From Octopus vulgaris (Eukaryota), in assembly GCA_951406725.2 (NCBI GenBank), contig OX597822.1, positions 68,448,001 to 68,512,000 on the forward strand: DNA of 64,000 nt. The letters are read 5' to 3'. Numbering within the stretch: the stretch's first letter is position 1; each line of letters opens with the position of its first letter. Under the pieces are notes generated by a model. The model was not told the origin of the DNA. It saw only the letters and a program-made list of their open reading frames with translations, and did not search any database. Both the position numbers and the translations under genes were made by a program. This document shows positions 1 through 12,282 of the stretch, piece by piece.

Positions 1-1789
1 ATAGGTTTCTTCACTTTCCTGGATTTTCCATTTCACCCTTTATCTGTCCTGTGGATTACATATGATACACAAGACATATTTTCCCTGGCATCCATGCATC
101 GCAGATGATACAGTATTATCCAATTTGTTTTCAAACATCAAAGTAACTTGGGACTTATGAAAGGAAAGCTTTATACTACTCAGAAGGAATGAAACAAAGG
201 GCTAACCAAAAGTTTGAAAACAAGCATGGCTGTTTAGGACAAACTTATGAAAATGCTTTCAAGAACCAAAGGATATAGGTCTCTCCTTTCATGAGTATAA
301 ATGCAAACATCTTACAAAGAGCAATATAACTTGCACTAGCCCTTTGCTGCAGTCCTGTCTATTAGGGTACAGAATTACAGAATTTACCATAGCTGCATTA
401 ATAGATTAAATTAAATTAAAAATATACTTAGTGATCATATATGTATTTTGAAATTGTATGTGAGACAATATGCCTTAATCTTACTCTTTAAAAAAACTAT
501 TCTATTTCATGCATATTATGTACATTGTCATGAATATATGTTGTAAATATATTATACTATGAACACACGAGTGTATGTATGAATGTGTGTGTGTGTGTGT
601 GTGTGCGTGTGTACCGGAAAGCTAGAATTAAAATAACAAATGGAGAAGGAGAAAGCCTGAAAGAAGGTGACTAGTAAAATAATTTGATAAAGACTGCTAA
701 ATAAAAAAAAATGCGTGTGAAGGTGATACAGTTGATGGACCAGTGTAAAATGTTACAATAAGTTTTAATGTGTTTGTAAACAAATATACACAAGGTTTAC
801 ATGGCTGCATATGTGTGTGTGTATGTGTGTGTGATGCCAAAGGTTTGCATATGTGTGTGATTTTAAGACTTAAAGACTTATGAATATGAATTGAATTTTT
901 TGCAAATGTCCAAAACATTTCATTTACATTGTGATTATAGGAAGGCAAACTTATGTTAGTATGTATAACATGGTACACAGTATGGAAGGATATTTTTCTA
1001 GATAAAATACTATGATGGCAGATGCTTAAAGTAGGTAGACAAAGGAGAAGAGAAGAAGATAGAAAATGGACTTAAATTTGCAGGAAAAATGGATCCGGTG
1101 TGGATATCACAACAAACAGGTATATGGATCAGGATTGATCAGCTAAAATATATTGTAAAGTTGGAATGGGGAAAAAATTTCAAAAAATCACTCAGTGACT
1201 TGGAATGAATTGGAGTAGAGTAGAATGGAATATTGGAATGGAGTGTAACTTACTGGAGTGTTGGTAGTAAATGTTATAATCATTAGAAAAGAAATGAACA
1301 AAAATAAAAAAAACTAACAGGTGGAATGTAGAAATGTAGGAATGTAGTCAGAAAATAAAATTTTAGAAAACGATATATTCTGAAGACAGACAAAAAAAAA
1401 AACAACAAAAAGAACCAATAACAATGGAAAATTTGAAATAATAATAACGGTAATCATTTTACATGCTTTAAGAAAAATGCAGTTTCTTCTGATGCAAAAA
1501 CCAAAATTATTATGGTGAATAATGATTTCTAGTGTACACACAAAAAAAAAACAAACCAACAAAAACAATTGAAAAAAGATAAAATACAGGAACAAAAATA
1601 ACAGTCATTGATTCTAAAATGCCAAAAGAGATGTTTTCCTTCATTCTACTGGAGAGGGTGGGGGTTGGAATGGTGGCAGGTTGTATGTTTGCATGTATGT
1701 GCATATTAAGTAAGCATACATATACTATACACACACACACAAATATATAAGGATATATATATACATACATATAAATATACCTATAATAT

Positions 1790-2031
1790 ATATATATTCA
1801 TATAAATATGTTTAAATACATATAAATGAATATATGTATGTGTGTGTGTGTGAGTGTATGTATATATGTATATATATATTCATATAAATATGTTTAAATA
1901 CACATAAATGAATATGTGTGTGTACATATATATACATATATTCACATAAATATGTTTAAATACATATAAATGAATATATGTATGTATGTATATATATCTA
2001 TATTCATATATGTTTAAATACATATAAATGA

Positions 2032-2040
<9 letters not shown>
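1790..2040. repeat. AT-rich minisatellite (attcatataaatatgtttaaatacatataaatgaatat) x4 within microsatellite
   Basis: Direct reading. Confidence 0.8.
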
Positions 2041-2068
<28 letters not shown>

Positions 2069-2414
2069 TATATATATCTATTACGCATGTACACACATGA
2101 GTGTGGAGAGAATATTGGAAGTCATGCTCAAGAAATGGTTCTCTACACGAAGTTGAGAAGATATTTCTATTAGTCAACAATGTAAAACAACAAAGTAATA
2201 AGGAAATGGCTGCACTTTGAGATAAAATATACAACCGATAACGAAGGCTAAACAGAAAAAACCAAAAGGTGGAAGAATGAAATAAATCGTAACAATGGAA
2301 TGTTGTCTTTTAGTTAATTGCTGGTTGGAAGAACGGCACCCTTATGAGTAAAGTTTTTACTGTACCATTTCTTGCTAGTCTGCTGCTATATATATATATA
2401 TATATTAGTATGTA

Positions 2415-2475
<61 letters not shown>

Positions 2476-2630
2476 GCATACATGAGAGGTATTGGTATCT
2501 AGAAGGCCCAAAGAGTGTCAGGTAACAGCAAGTGCTATGGACAGACCGTAGTTAAACTCTTTGTTCGATAATGATGCGAGTGAGGGGTATAATGTGGGTC
2601 TTGTATTAGCATATATATATATATATATAT

Positions 2631-2770
2631 TTCCAAAGCCGGGTTGAGTGTTGGAAGAAAAAAGTACTCAATACAATAGCAGAGATTAATAATATTTCTG
2701 TTATGGTCAATCTAGTCTCCTGCTACTCTGAGTCTTGTTTGTGGGTGCATGGGGTCTTCGGACAAGTAAT
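2631..2770 (-). mobile_element. Degenerate hammerhead-bearing Penelope-like fragment next to (TA)n
   Basis: Minus strand reads cttgt CCGAAGA ... aagACTCAGAGTA gcagg. It has the same CCGA core, ACTC-n-GAGT stem III and GUA triplet as 31808-31837. The GAAA box has decayed. Confidence 0.4.
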
Positions 2771-2997
2771 GAATGACTGAGAAAATGATGGAATTTACAC
2801 ATCTATACTTAGGATTCCGTGTCATAGGGTAAAATGGTGGAGGGGAAAAAAATGAAATAAAAGGGAAAAGAGGAGAAATAAAAGAAAAAAACAAAGAGAA
2901 AAAGAAGAGGTAAGAGTGTCCCTTAATGGAGGCAGGGATGAAGTAGGATAGGAGATTTTATACATATATATATTACACACACACACACACACATATA

Positions 2998-3214
2998 CAG
3001 AGGGCATTCCAGAAATTAAAACATTGACTTTTTGGGACACCCAGTATATATATATACACAAACATACATACACACAGAGGGTGTTCTAGAAATTAAAACA
3101 TTGTGAATTTTGGGACACCTAGTATTTATATATACACACACACAAACATACATACATACATACACACAGAGGGTGTTCTAGAAATTAAAACATTGTGAAT
3201 TTTGGGACACCTAG

Positions 3215-3260
<46 letters not shown>

Positions 3261-3426
3261 TATACATATACACAAACATACATACATACACACAGAGGGT
3301 GTTCTAGAAATTAAAACATTGTGAATTTTGGGACACCTAGTATACATACATATATATATATATACACACACACACACGGCAGTCCAGAAATTAAAAGCAC
3401 ATTGTAACTTTTAGGACACCTAGTAT
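2998..3426. repeat. Five ~50-bp hairpin units separated by variable (TA)/(CA) microsatellite
   Basis: cagagggtgttctagaaattaaaacattgtgaattttgggacacctagta occurs at ~2998, 3075, 3167, 3293 and 3377. Confidence 0.9.
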
Positions 3427-3757
3427 ACACACACACACACACATATATATATGTTTAATAAATCCCCTTGTGCTGTAGCAAGATAAGAACTATGAAGACT
3501 ATGACAAAGAATTCAATCTATACACTTGCTGAAACTGATAATGTTTTGTTTTGTTTTTTTATCATGGAATATCACTTGGCAAACAGGAATTTAATGAAGA
3601 CTTAAAAGATTGTTTAACAAATCTGGTTAAATTGGAACTTGCAAACATAACTAGTTAAAAACTAAAATGTAATAGCTTTATAAATAATACAAACCAACTT
3701 TAATCCCACTCTTAGATAATTTAAAATGCTTTGGCAGAGAATATGACATTAGAACTC

Positions 3758-3814
<57 letters not shown>

Positions 3815-4078
3815 CTTATTGGGACACTGAAATACAACAACAGTACACCTGATGTTCTCATTGCTGCCTTTTTTCCCTTACTCTATTCTATGTACTGTTC
3901 ATGTAGTTTTGGCTACTTTTTCTAATAAACTGTAGTACACCTGACCACTGTATACAATAATTTCATTATTATCATAGCTATATCTAAGTTGGTCTTTAGC
4001 TTCTAAGTTTAAATTAGACAATAGTTGTCTCTGACTTTCACAAACTTGTGTCTTATTTATGAAAATCTAATAAATATT

Positions 4079-4289
4079 GGTGCAGGTGTGGCTGTGTGGT
4101 AAGAAGCTTGCTTCCCAACCACATGGTTCCAGGTTCAGTCCCACTGTGTGGCACTTTGGGCAAGTGTCTTTGACTGTAGCCTCAGGTCAACCAAAGCCTT
4201 GTGAGTGGATTTGGTAGATGGAAACTGAAAAGAAGCCCATTTTATAAATGTATGTATGCATATATATATATGTATGTATGTATGTATGC

Positions 4290-4325
<36 letters not shown>

Positions 4326-4565
4326 GTATATATTTGTGTGTGTGTATGTGCGTCTATGTTTGTTCCTCCCACCTTCACTTGACAACTGATGTCGGTGTGT
4401 TTACATCCCTGTAACTGTGATTCAGCAAAAGAAACTGATAGAATAAGTACTAGGCTTACAAAGAATAAGTCCTGGGGCTCATTTCTTTGACTAAAAAAAA
4501 AAACTCTCTAAGGCAGTGCTCCAGCATGGCTGCAGTCAAATGACTGAAATGAAGGAAAAAGAAAA
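4079..4565 (+). mobile_element. SINE family A, full length
   Basis: Head, microsatellite, body and tail as in 53306-53685. An extra tail copy lies at ~4637-4683. Confidence 0.85.
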
Positions 4566-5222
4566 AAAACGGCATTATTACCATTATTCATTGAAAGGAA
4601 CACTAATACTACTTTGTTGTTTAAAAAACAAAGGACAGCTCCAGCATGGCCAGAGTCAAATGACAAACAAATAAAAGAATAAAGGTGAGGTGTATATCAT
4701 CCTATTCATGGAAATCCTGGTAGAAAAACAAAACCAGAGAACAGAGTGAATGGAAGGCCATTGGGTGAGAAATAAAAGTTGAAATGATTTTGATGAGATA
4801 AACCCTGGGAAAATATCCACCAAGAATCACTGCAAATGGTGGATGGTCATATAAAAAGAGGCACAAGTTTATGGTGTTAGGGGAAAGAGAGAGAGTGAGT
4901 GAGTGCATAAAGTGTAATATACCTGGTCCAGGTATATAACTGGTATCTCGTTTGATCAACTCTGCCCTGCCAAGAAGTAAAAAACACACACATATTTACA
5001 TATATCTACATACATGCACGTATATATTATATATGTATATATATGTGTGTGTACATACATATAATGTGTGTGTACATACATATAATGTGTGTGTACATAC
5101 ATATAATGTGTGTGTATATATATATACACATACACACACACACTATATATAAATATAGTGTATCTTGTGTGTACAGCTAGATGTACAAATGATACAGACT
5201 TGTTTATCATAATTTATACTAT

Positions 5223-5269
<47 letters not shown>

Positions 5270-5845
5270 CCTCGACTCATGGATAAAAAAATCATAATTT
5301 CTATGTCTAATAGAATAATTAACATATAAATGGATCCAAGAATATTCATGCTTTAAGCACTCAAATTCTTTAAAAATATTGTCGTGTTTCATACAAAGCT
5401 AAATCATTTCAAATCAGTTAAAAATTATTTGAGGGACCCCTAACATTTATTTATTTAATTTTTCTTTCACAGTACAGTAAATTTAAAACCAACCTCATTT
5501 AATCAGCTTTACAAACAGTGTTTGTATCAGACAAAACTCTTCAAGAATCTCATTATCAAACAGACACACACACAAAAGACAAAAAAGAATAAAAGAATGT
5601 CAGAATCAATGATATTAATAACTAGAGATATATGATGAGAATCATAAACTGTTATAATTAAGATATTCTATTTGCTTGCAATGTTGGGTGAATGAATAAC
5701 TTTTTCAAGACATTTATTTCCAATACTAAACACTATTTTCTGCCTCAGTAAAGAGAGGCGGATTGAGTTAATTCCCTTGTTCAAGACTATTAAATACTAC
5801 TTGTAATGAAGTGCCTGAATTAACTACACATTTTTAGAGAACGAA

Positions 5846-6230
5846 GGTGTTTGACTTGGTGGTTAGGACATTCAGCTCATGACTGTATGGTTATGAGTTC
5901 AATTCTTGGTTGTGCATCGTGTTTGTTCCAGAGCAAGGATTATATCACATTGCTCCAGTCCATTCACTGGCAAAAATGGAGTGTACTTGTAATAGAAAGG
6001 GCCAGGCTTGTCAGACACTGTGTTACGCTGAATCACCCTGAGAACTACGTTAAGGGTATTCGTGTCTGTGGAGTACTCGACCACTTGTACATTAGTCCAT
6101 TCACTGGCAAAAATGGAGTGTACTTGTAATAGAAAGGGCCAGGCTTGTCAGACACTGTGTTACGCTGAATCTCCCTGAGAACTATGTTATGGGTATTCAT
6201 GTCTGTGGAGTACTCGACCACTTGTACATT
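5846..6230 (+). mobile_element. Diverged tRNA-head SINE with a 137-bp internal tandem duplication (5957-6093, 6094-6230)
   Basis: Box A/B remnants are tggtggttagg and gagttcaattc. The two 137-bp units are near-identical and homologous to 59450-59552. Confidence 0.7.
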
Positions 6231-6454
6231 AAGAGCACAAAGTAGAACTTCACTTACTAAGACCTTGTCCATTTATTAACACACCAATTTACATTCACAT
6301 GGAGTTAACTATAAAACAAGGAGCTAGTGCCGAGATTGTTGGTGTACGGAATCAAATCTCCAAATTAAGTTATGCTTGCAGACCTTCTGGAACTGAAGAT
6401 AAAACCACATTTAGGTTGAACTATTACTGACAAAGTCATCTGAGAGAGAGAGAG

Positions 6455-6498
<44 letters not shown>

Positions 6499-6632
6499 TT
6501 TCCTTCATGAAAAACATACAAATAATATTTTAATACCTTCCATATTTATGAGACAGTTTGAAAGAGAGTACATACATCATACTTTGTGTACTCTGCTTCA
6601 ATCATATGGTTTTGATCTTTAAAATCTTTATA

Positions 6633-6692
<60 letters not shown>

Positions 6693-7168
6693 TATAATGC
6701 TAAGAATGAAATACCTTGACTACAGTGAAGTGACTGTTTGGCAGAGAGGATCTCATGATGACAACACCTCTATCAGTGGCTCACTATCTTAACCATTCAA
6801 GCAACAACATAACAGTCTAAGAAGACCCATAAATGCTGAATTTAAAGAGGCTTTTTGCAATGGCAAACAGCACAGCCCCAAAATCAAGACATACAGATTG
6901 ATCAAAAACACACACACACACACAATGTATGCATGTGTGTACATGCATACATTCAATATATATTATATTTGCACAAAAATAAAGTCATAGCACTGACTAC
7001 CTATTCAGTTGTTGTGCACTTTCAGTAATATCACACATAGGTGAACTAAAATTCTACTGAATAGATTCATGTGTATTGTATCTATCTATATATATACATA
7101 TATATAGAAGTCGTCTAATAGTCCATAAGTCAAGAAAAAATGCACTTGTATCTTTCAATAGAGTAGGT

Positions 7169-7364
7169 ATATCAATCAAACTGTACAGTATTATATATCA
7201 TTACATCCAATCTTACCCATATTTCATTCCATAATGGCTACCTCTGATGAGTGCAGGGTTATATAACCGGTCTGTTATCTAACACTCCATTGAATGCCTA
7301 GCACAAAACCGATTGGTAAGATCAGTTGTAATGAATATATAATACTGTACACTTTGATTAATAT
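7169..7364 (+). mobile_element. Fold-back element: ~50-bp inverted arms enclosing a degenerate hammerhead core
   Basis: 7169-7217 is the reverse complement of 7315-7364. Inside are CTGATGA (7244-7250), stem II GTGCAGG/CCTAGCAC, and AAAA in place of GAAA (7305). Confidence 0.6.
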
Positions 7365-7584
7365 ATATATATATATATATTAATTAGACAGGTACCTAAT
7401 TTCATAAAGAGAAGGTTATAAAATGGAATGTGGATTATGATATCAGTTTGGGTTTGTATAAATCTAGATACAAGTTGTAGATAAATGATGCACAGTTCAA
7501 TTATCAACAATAGGAAATAGAAAAAATAATTCAAAATAATTAACTGAAGGAATTAATTGTTTTGCAATGAGAAATTAAAAATTA

Positions 7585-7893
7585 GGTGAAGATATTGCTG
7601 TGTAGTAAAACTTTTGGTTCCCAATCACATGGTTCTAGGTTCAGTTCCCAAGCATGGCACCTCAGGCAAGAGCATTCTATTATAGCCTTGGGTTAACCAA
7701 AGTCTTGTGAGAGGATTTGGTAGATGGAAACTGAAAGATACCTATCAAATATATGCTTGTGTTTATGTTCCTGTAACTTAGTGGTTCGGGAAAAGAGACT
7801 GATAAAAGGATTGACTCGTTCAACTAAAATTCTTCATAGTAGCTCTCCTGCATGACCACAGTCTCTGTGACTAAAACAAGCAAAAGAGCAAAG
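7585..7893 (+). mobile_element. SINE family A, diverged
   Basis: Head, gatttggtagatggaaactgaaaga motif and tail are recognisable. Confidence 0.75.
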
Positions 7894-8244
7894 ATTAATG
7901 AAAAAAGTGAGTAAAGATTAATGAAAAAGTGAGTAAAGATTAGCAAAAAGAAGTGAGTTGATCGAGACAGAAATATGGAAAAACCAGTATAAAAAAGTAT
8001 TTCTTAATGTTTTGTTACAGGTACAAGACCAGACATTTTAAAAGAGAAGTCTAATTGATTAATTAAGCTGAATACTTGACTGAAACTTGTTTTACCAACT
8101 TTGGAAGAATGAAAAGTCAAGTCAAGAATCATCAGGATTTGAAACCCATAAAAGATCATCAGCCTGCAAGGAATGTTAATCTGTCACTCTCCTAATCCTG
8201 CTAATCTAACTGCTATACTAAGGTGGTAAATTTTTAAATAGGTA

Positions 8245-8673
8245 GAGGTGCAACCCATGGCTGTGTGGTTAAGAAGCTTGCTTCTCAACCACTTTGTCTT
8301 AGGTTCAGTCCCAATGTGCAACACCTTGGAAAATTACCTTTTACTATAGCCCCAACCAAAGTCTTGTGAGTGGATTTGGTAGACAAAAACTGGAAGAGGC
8401 TGATTGTGTGCATGTATGTGTGTGTGTTTGTGTGTAACCTTGTCTAGACACCATGAAATAGTTGTAAATGAACATCACTGTCATACAAGCAAAGTCGTTT
8501 GTCTCCAGTCTTCTGTGAAAAACATGTCTAGCTATAGGAAGGTGTTTATCTAACCTGAAAAGAGTTGAAGGTTGGCATTGGGTAAGGCATCCCAGCCATA
8601 GCAAAATCCGCCTCAACTAATTCTATCTGACCCATCCATGCATGCATGGAAAAGTGGGCAGTAAATAATGATG
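8245..8673 (+). mobile_element. SINE family A' (family A head, alternative body, RTE-like (GAT)n tail)
   Basis: The family A head is followed by gttgtaaatga..catacaagc..gaaaacatgtct..ggttggca..gcatggaaaagtgg..atgatg. The same body occurs at 24655-24900, 34305-34770, 54345-54745 and 56735-57220. Confidence 0.75.
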
Positions 8674-9927
8674 AAACAGTTACATACTACAGTGATGGAG
8701 GGGGCTGAAATTAATTAAAATGACATCAGTATCTGACAGCGAATTCATTTTACTGAACCTCACAGAAGAAAAGCAAAGACGAGCCAGCCACATGCTAACT
8801 TGGACTGCAAAGGGACATAATTACATAGAACATAATTATAATTGTCTAACCTATGTGGAATGAAGTGGAGGAGAGAAACAGATGTGAAAAGGAATGAACA
8901 AAATGAAGGCATATCATTCACCAATCTGTCTATTCTACCTATCCACCACTCCCAAGTGAAAATGAAAAAAAAAAAAAAGGAGAATGAGCTTAAAGAATAC
9001 TTTCCCTAAAATTGTTGTTATAGAAAGGAAAAGAAATTGCTTAAAAAATATAAAAATTAAATAAATGAAAATATGGGCAACAGAAATGAACGATGTTAAC
9101 ATGTTCGTGACGACTGATAATTATTGAAATATTTTGATTATTAATGTTAAAAATAATGAGATTTGAGTTCGTGTGTGTGTGTGTGTGTGTGTGTATCAAA
9201 GAGAGACAGACAGACAAACAGACAGAGTGTGTGTGTTGTATTTTGTCCACATTTTAATGTCATCGTCCAACTTGAAATATTTTCACTGCTGTTTAAAACA
9301 GTTTAGCTGCTCTCGATTCTACATTAAGTAACATGTTTTCTTTTTAGATTCAAAGAACCTGAAAGATATTTAGAAACTATGCATTTAATATTCATCTTTC
9401 AAAGATGAAATTGGAATGTACCTTTTTTTTTCTTTGAAAAGGATAGAGAGATAGGGGAAAAAAAGTTATCATTTCATTAACTTTAATGAGATAATATGAT
9501 GAATTAACTTTGAAAAAGGCTAACTCTCACCAAAGTGGAATGTTGTGAAAAACTTGAACAATTATTTATTCTATAACACAGAGAAAAAAATATCAAACTT
9601 CCCAGAGGCAGAGAACTTACTATGCTGAGCTGGGTATATATGTTTAAAATACAGACTATATATACATATATGTAATACACACACACACACACATTCATAT
9701 AACACATCCAGTACACGGAGAGTTATATATGGGTGTGAGTGCGTGTGTATGTGTGAACACAAATCAAACTAAGATATGAATGCGTAAAATGGCACATGTA
9801 CACACACACACACACACACGTACATAAATATGAATAACTGATTGGAAAGATTTAGTAGAATAATGTAAATAAATGCATAAAAGGTAAAAAAAACTAGTCA
9901 TTTAAAAAAAACCAAAGCATGTATTTA

Positions 9928-9966
<39 letters not shown>

Positions 9967-10090
9967 CAATTAGTGTTTGACTTTTCATATCAACTATACA
10001 TTAAACAATGTGTGTGTGTGTATATATATATATATATACACAACACACATAAATACATGTACATTTATTTTTACATACATAGACACACAC

Positions 10091-10125
<35 letters not shown>

Positions 10126-10229
10126 TTGTTTGTGAGCTTGGCACCACTGAAGAGCCAGCAGTTGGAAGCAGCAACTGATCACACACATACACACACACAT
10201 GCAAACATGATGGAATGGTGAAAAGGAAT

Positions 10230-12282
10230 TAAAAATTGTCAAAGAAAAATATATAATTGTTTTGTGGGGTTTTTTTGTGTTTGTGTGTATGGGTGCATAA
10301 TTTTTTTAAGGAGGACGAAGGAGGAATTTTCCCCACCTCGCTGGAGGTGGAAAAAAATGAAAATGGTTTTTAAAAAAAAATTCTAAAATTTACCAATAAT
10401 AATAATAATGACAGAATTAAAACAATGAAGGTCTGTAGAAAAGTCAGCACTAATAGTAGCAATAACAATCAACCAAATTCTAATATTCTTCTATCTTACA
10501 ATCAACTGTCAGATATGTTTCAGATTTCAAGTGGAATGTGGTTAGTTTTACAAAGTTTCTTCTTTTTTTTTATTTCTTTGTTGCTTTTTTTTTTAATATT
10601 TTCTCTTCATTCATTCAATTTTTTTTTTTCATTTTTCTATTTATATTTGTGATTCTATTAGTTTGTTTATTTTTAACATTTTTCTGTTGTTTTTTTTTTT
10701 TGTGTTTGGGTTTTTTTTCCTCAAAAATTCAAAAAGACAAAAAAAAAATTATTTTCTTCAAATCACTTCCCTGATGCATTGCAAAGGCACTAAATGTGTA
10801 ATAACAGCATTTACAAAATAATCTGCAAAGAAGTTTATTAAATTGTTAGGTTTCCTTTTTCTTTTTTCTTTTTTTTTTTTACGCCTAAGTCTGTAGAACT
10901 TGCAGAATTTTTATCATTTTTTTTTCTAGATTTTTTTTAGATTCTTGGCTTGAAGATTTGTATCATTGTTGAAATTATTCTGCTTCAAAGAATACTGCCA
11001 AAAATTGTATGCTCTAATATTTTGTTTCGCCAATAATCCAAAAAAATTCAACAGACTTTTCAAGTAATTTATACATACATATATATACATACACAAGTGT
11101 CCTGTAATTCTGACTGCAGATACCAAAAATGCAACCTAAAATTTCAGAATATTCCAGGGAACTTTTACTCTTGTATTTTAATCATCATTCTTTAGCATTT
11201 AATCACTTGACATCAGTTGCAGAATTTCAATTCTTTTAATATAACAATGGCTATTAATAGCATTATTCTTTTCAGACTGACTGTAATTCTTCAAAAAATT
11301 TTGATTTAGGAAATCTAATTTGATTCACCACAGTTTTTTTTTAATGCTTGTTTGTCTGTCTGTATCATTATTTTTAAGAATAACTTTTAAAAACTCCAAA
11401 CATCTACATGAATCAATAGTCTGGTCTCAGAATTATCTTCAATAAGATGGTAAAAGCCTGTCTGCTATAAACATATGTATTTGTAATCCTAAAATACTTA
11501 TATTTCATTTTCATTAAGTTCTGCAGCAGGATAGAGAAAATTTTGGTTAACGTTAAAATTCCGTTCGGTTAACTTTAAAATTTGTGCCATGTTGAAAGTC
11601 ACGTAAAATTGGCACCAGATTCTTAATCAATATTAATCTTGTTTTAAGAACCATTATGACAACACTACCATTGCAAGTTTAGAGGTTTCTTCATACCAAG
11701 TAAAGAGGCTAAAAATATTGTTTAAAAATTTGTTAGTATCAGTGAAATATGATGTGAGAGTGAGGGGAAAAAAAAAGAAGCAAGTGCTTTACAATGATTC
11801 TAAAATAAAACAGAAAGTTTTGTTTTTTTGTTCTTGTTCACAAATGAAGCATCTCTCTTGAGCAAACTGTGCAAGATAAGACAGAATGTTTATATTTTTT
11901 AAAAAATTTTTCTTCATAGGCTAAACACAGAAGGAATGTAATTAAGTTATAAAAAAAAAAATGGAAAAGAAAAATTGCTTGGTGGCATCACGCGAAAGGG
12001 AAGTAATCATGTCGGAGAAGCGGACTTAATTCAAAGGATAAACCATTTCTTACCGAGAACGAAATGGAGTGATTTTGTTAGAGACTTGCCACGTCTTGAT
12101 TTGTTAATTACCACAAGAACAAGGTAAATTTCAAACCCGAATCAGCCAAAATATAAAATAGTCGAAGCCAATTGTTTTGCTCATTAAAGGGTTCTGATAT
12201 GCAATGAGCATCAGGTAGCTTCTATCCCAGGTTATAGGATTACCATGAACATTTAAGAGAGTTAAGTGAGTATAAAATTGAG
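10230..12282 (-). other. Putative 3' UTR of the zinc-finger gene
   Basis: About 2 kb directly downstream of the stop codon lacks SINEs and dinucleotide microsatellites, unlike the rest of the window. It is A/U-rich, with minus-strand AATAAA candidates near 10834 and 10570. The end point is uncertain. Confidence 0.5.

Noticed and set aside
1-300. Exon-like complex sequence at the window start
   Set aside because: All three + frames stop within ~50 codons and no recognisable domain is present.
2335-2370. Possible further hammerhead remnant (CTTATGA gtaaa-gtt-tttac)
   Set aside because: Both catalytic boxes deviate, so it is too degenerate to support.
2998-3426. CRISPR-like repeat-spacer appearance
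   Set aside because: The spacers are microsatellite of variable length, the repeats are ~50 bp, there are no cas genes, and the DNA is animal.
4917-4937. Perfect 10-bp-arm hairpin ATATACCTGG-T-CCAGGTATAT (also CCCTTAAC-AA-GTTAAGGG at 34863)
   Set aside because: Isolated short palindromes are expected by chance in 64 kb of AT-rich DNA, and there is no supporting context.
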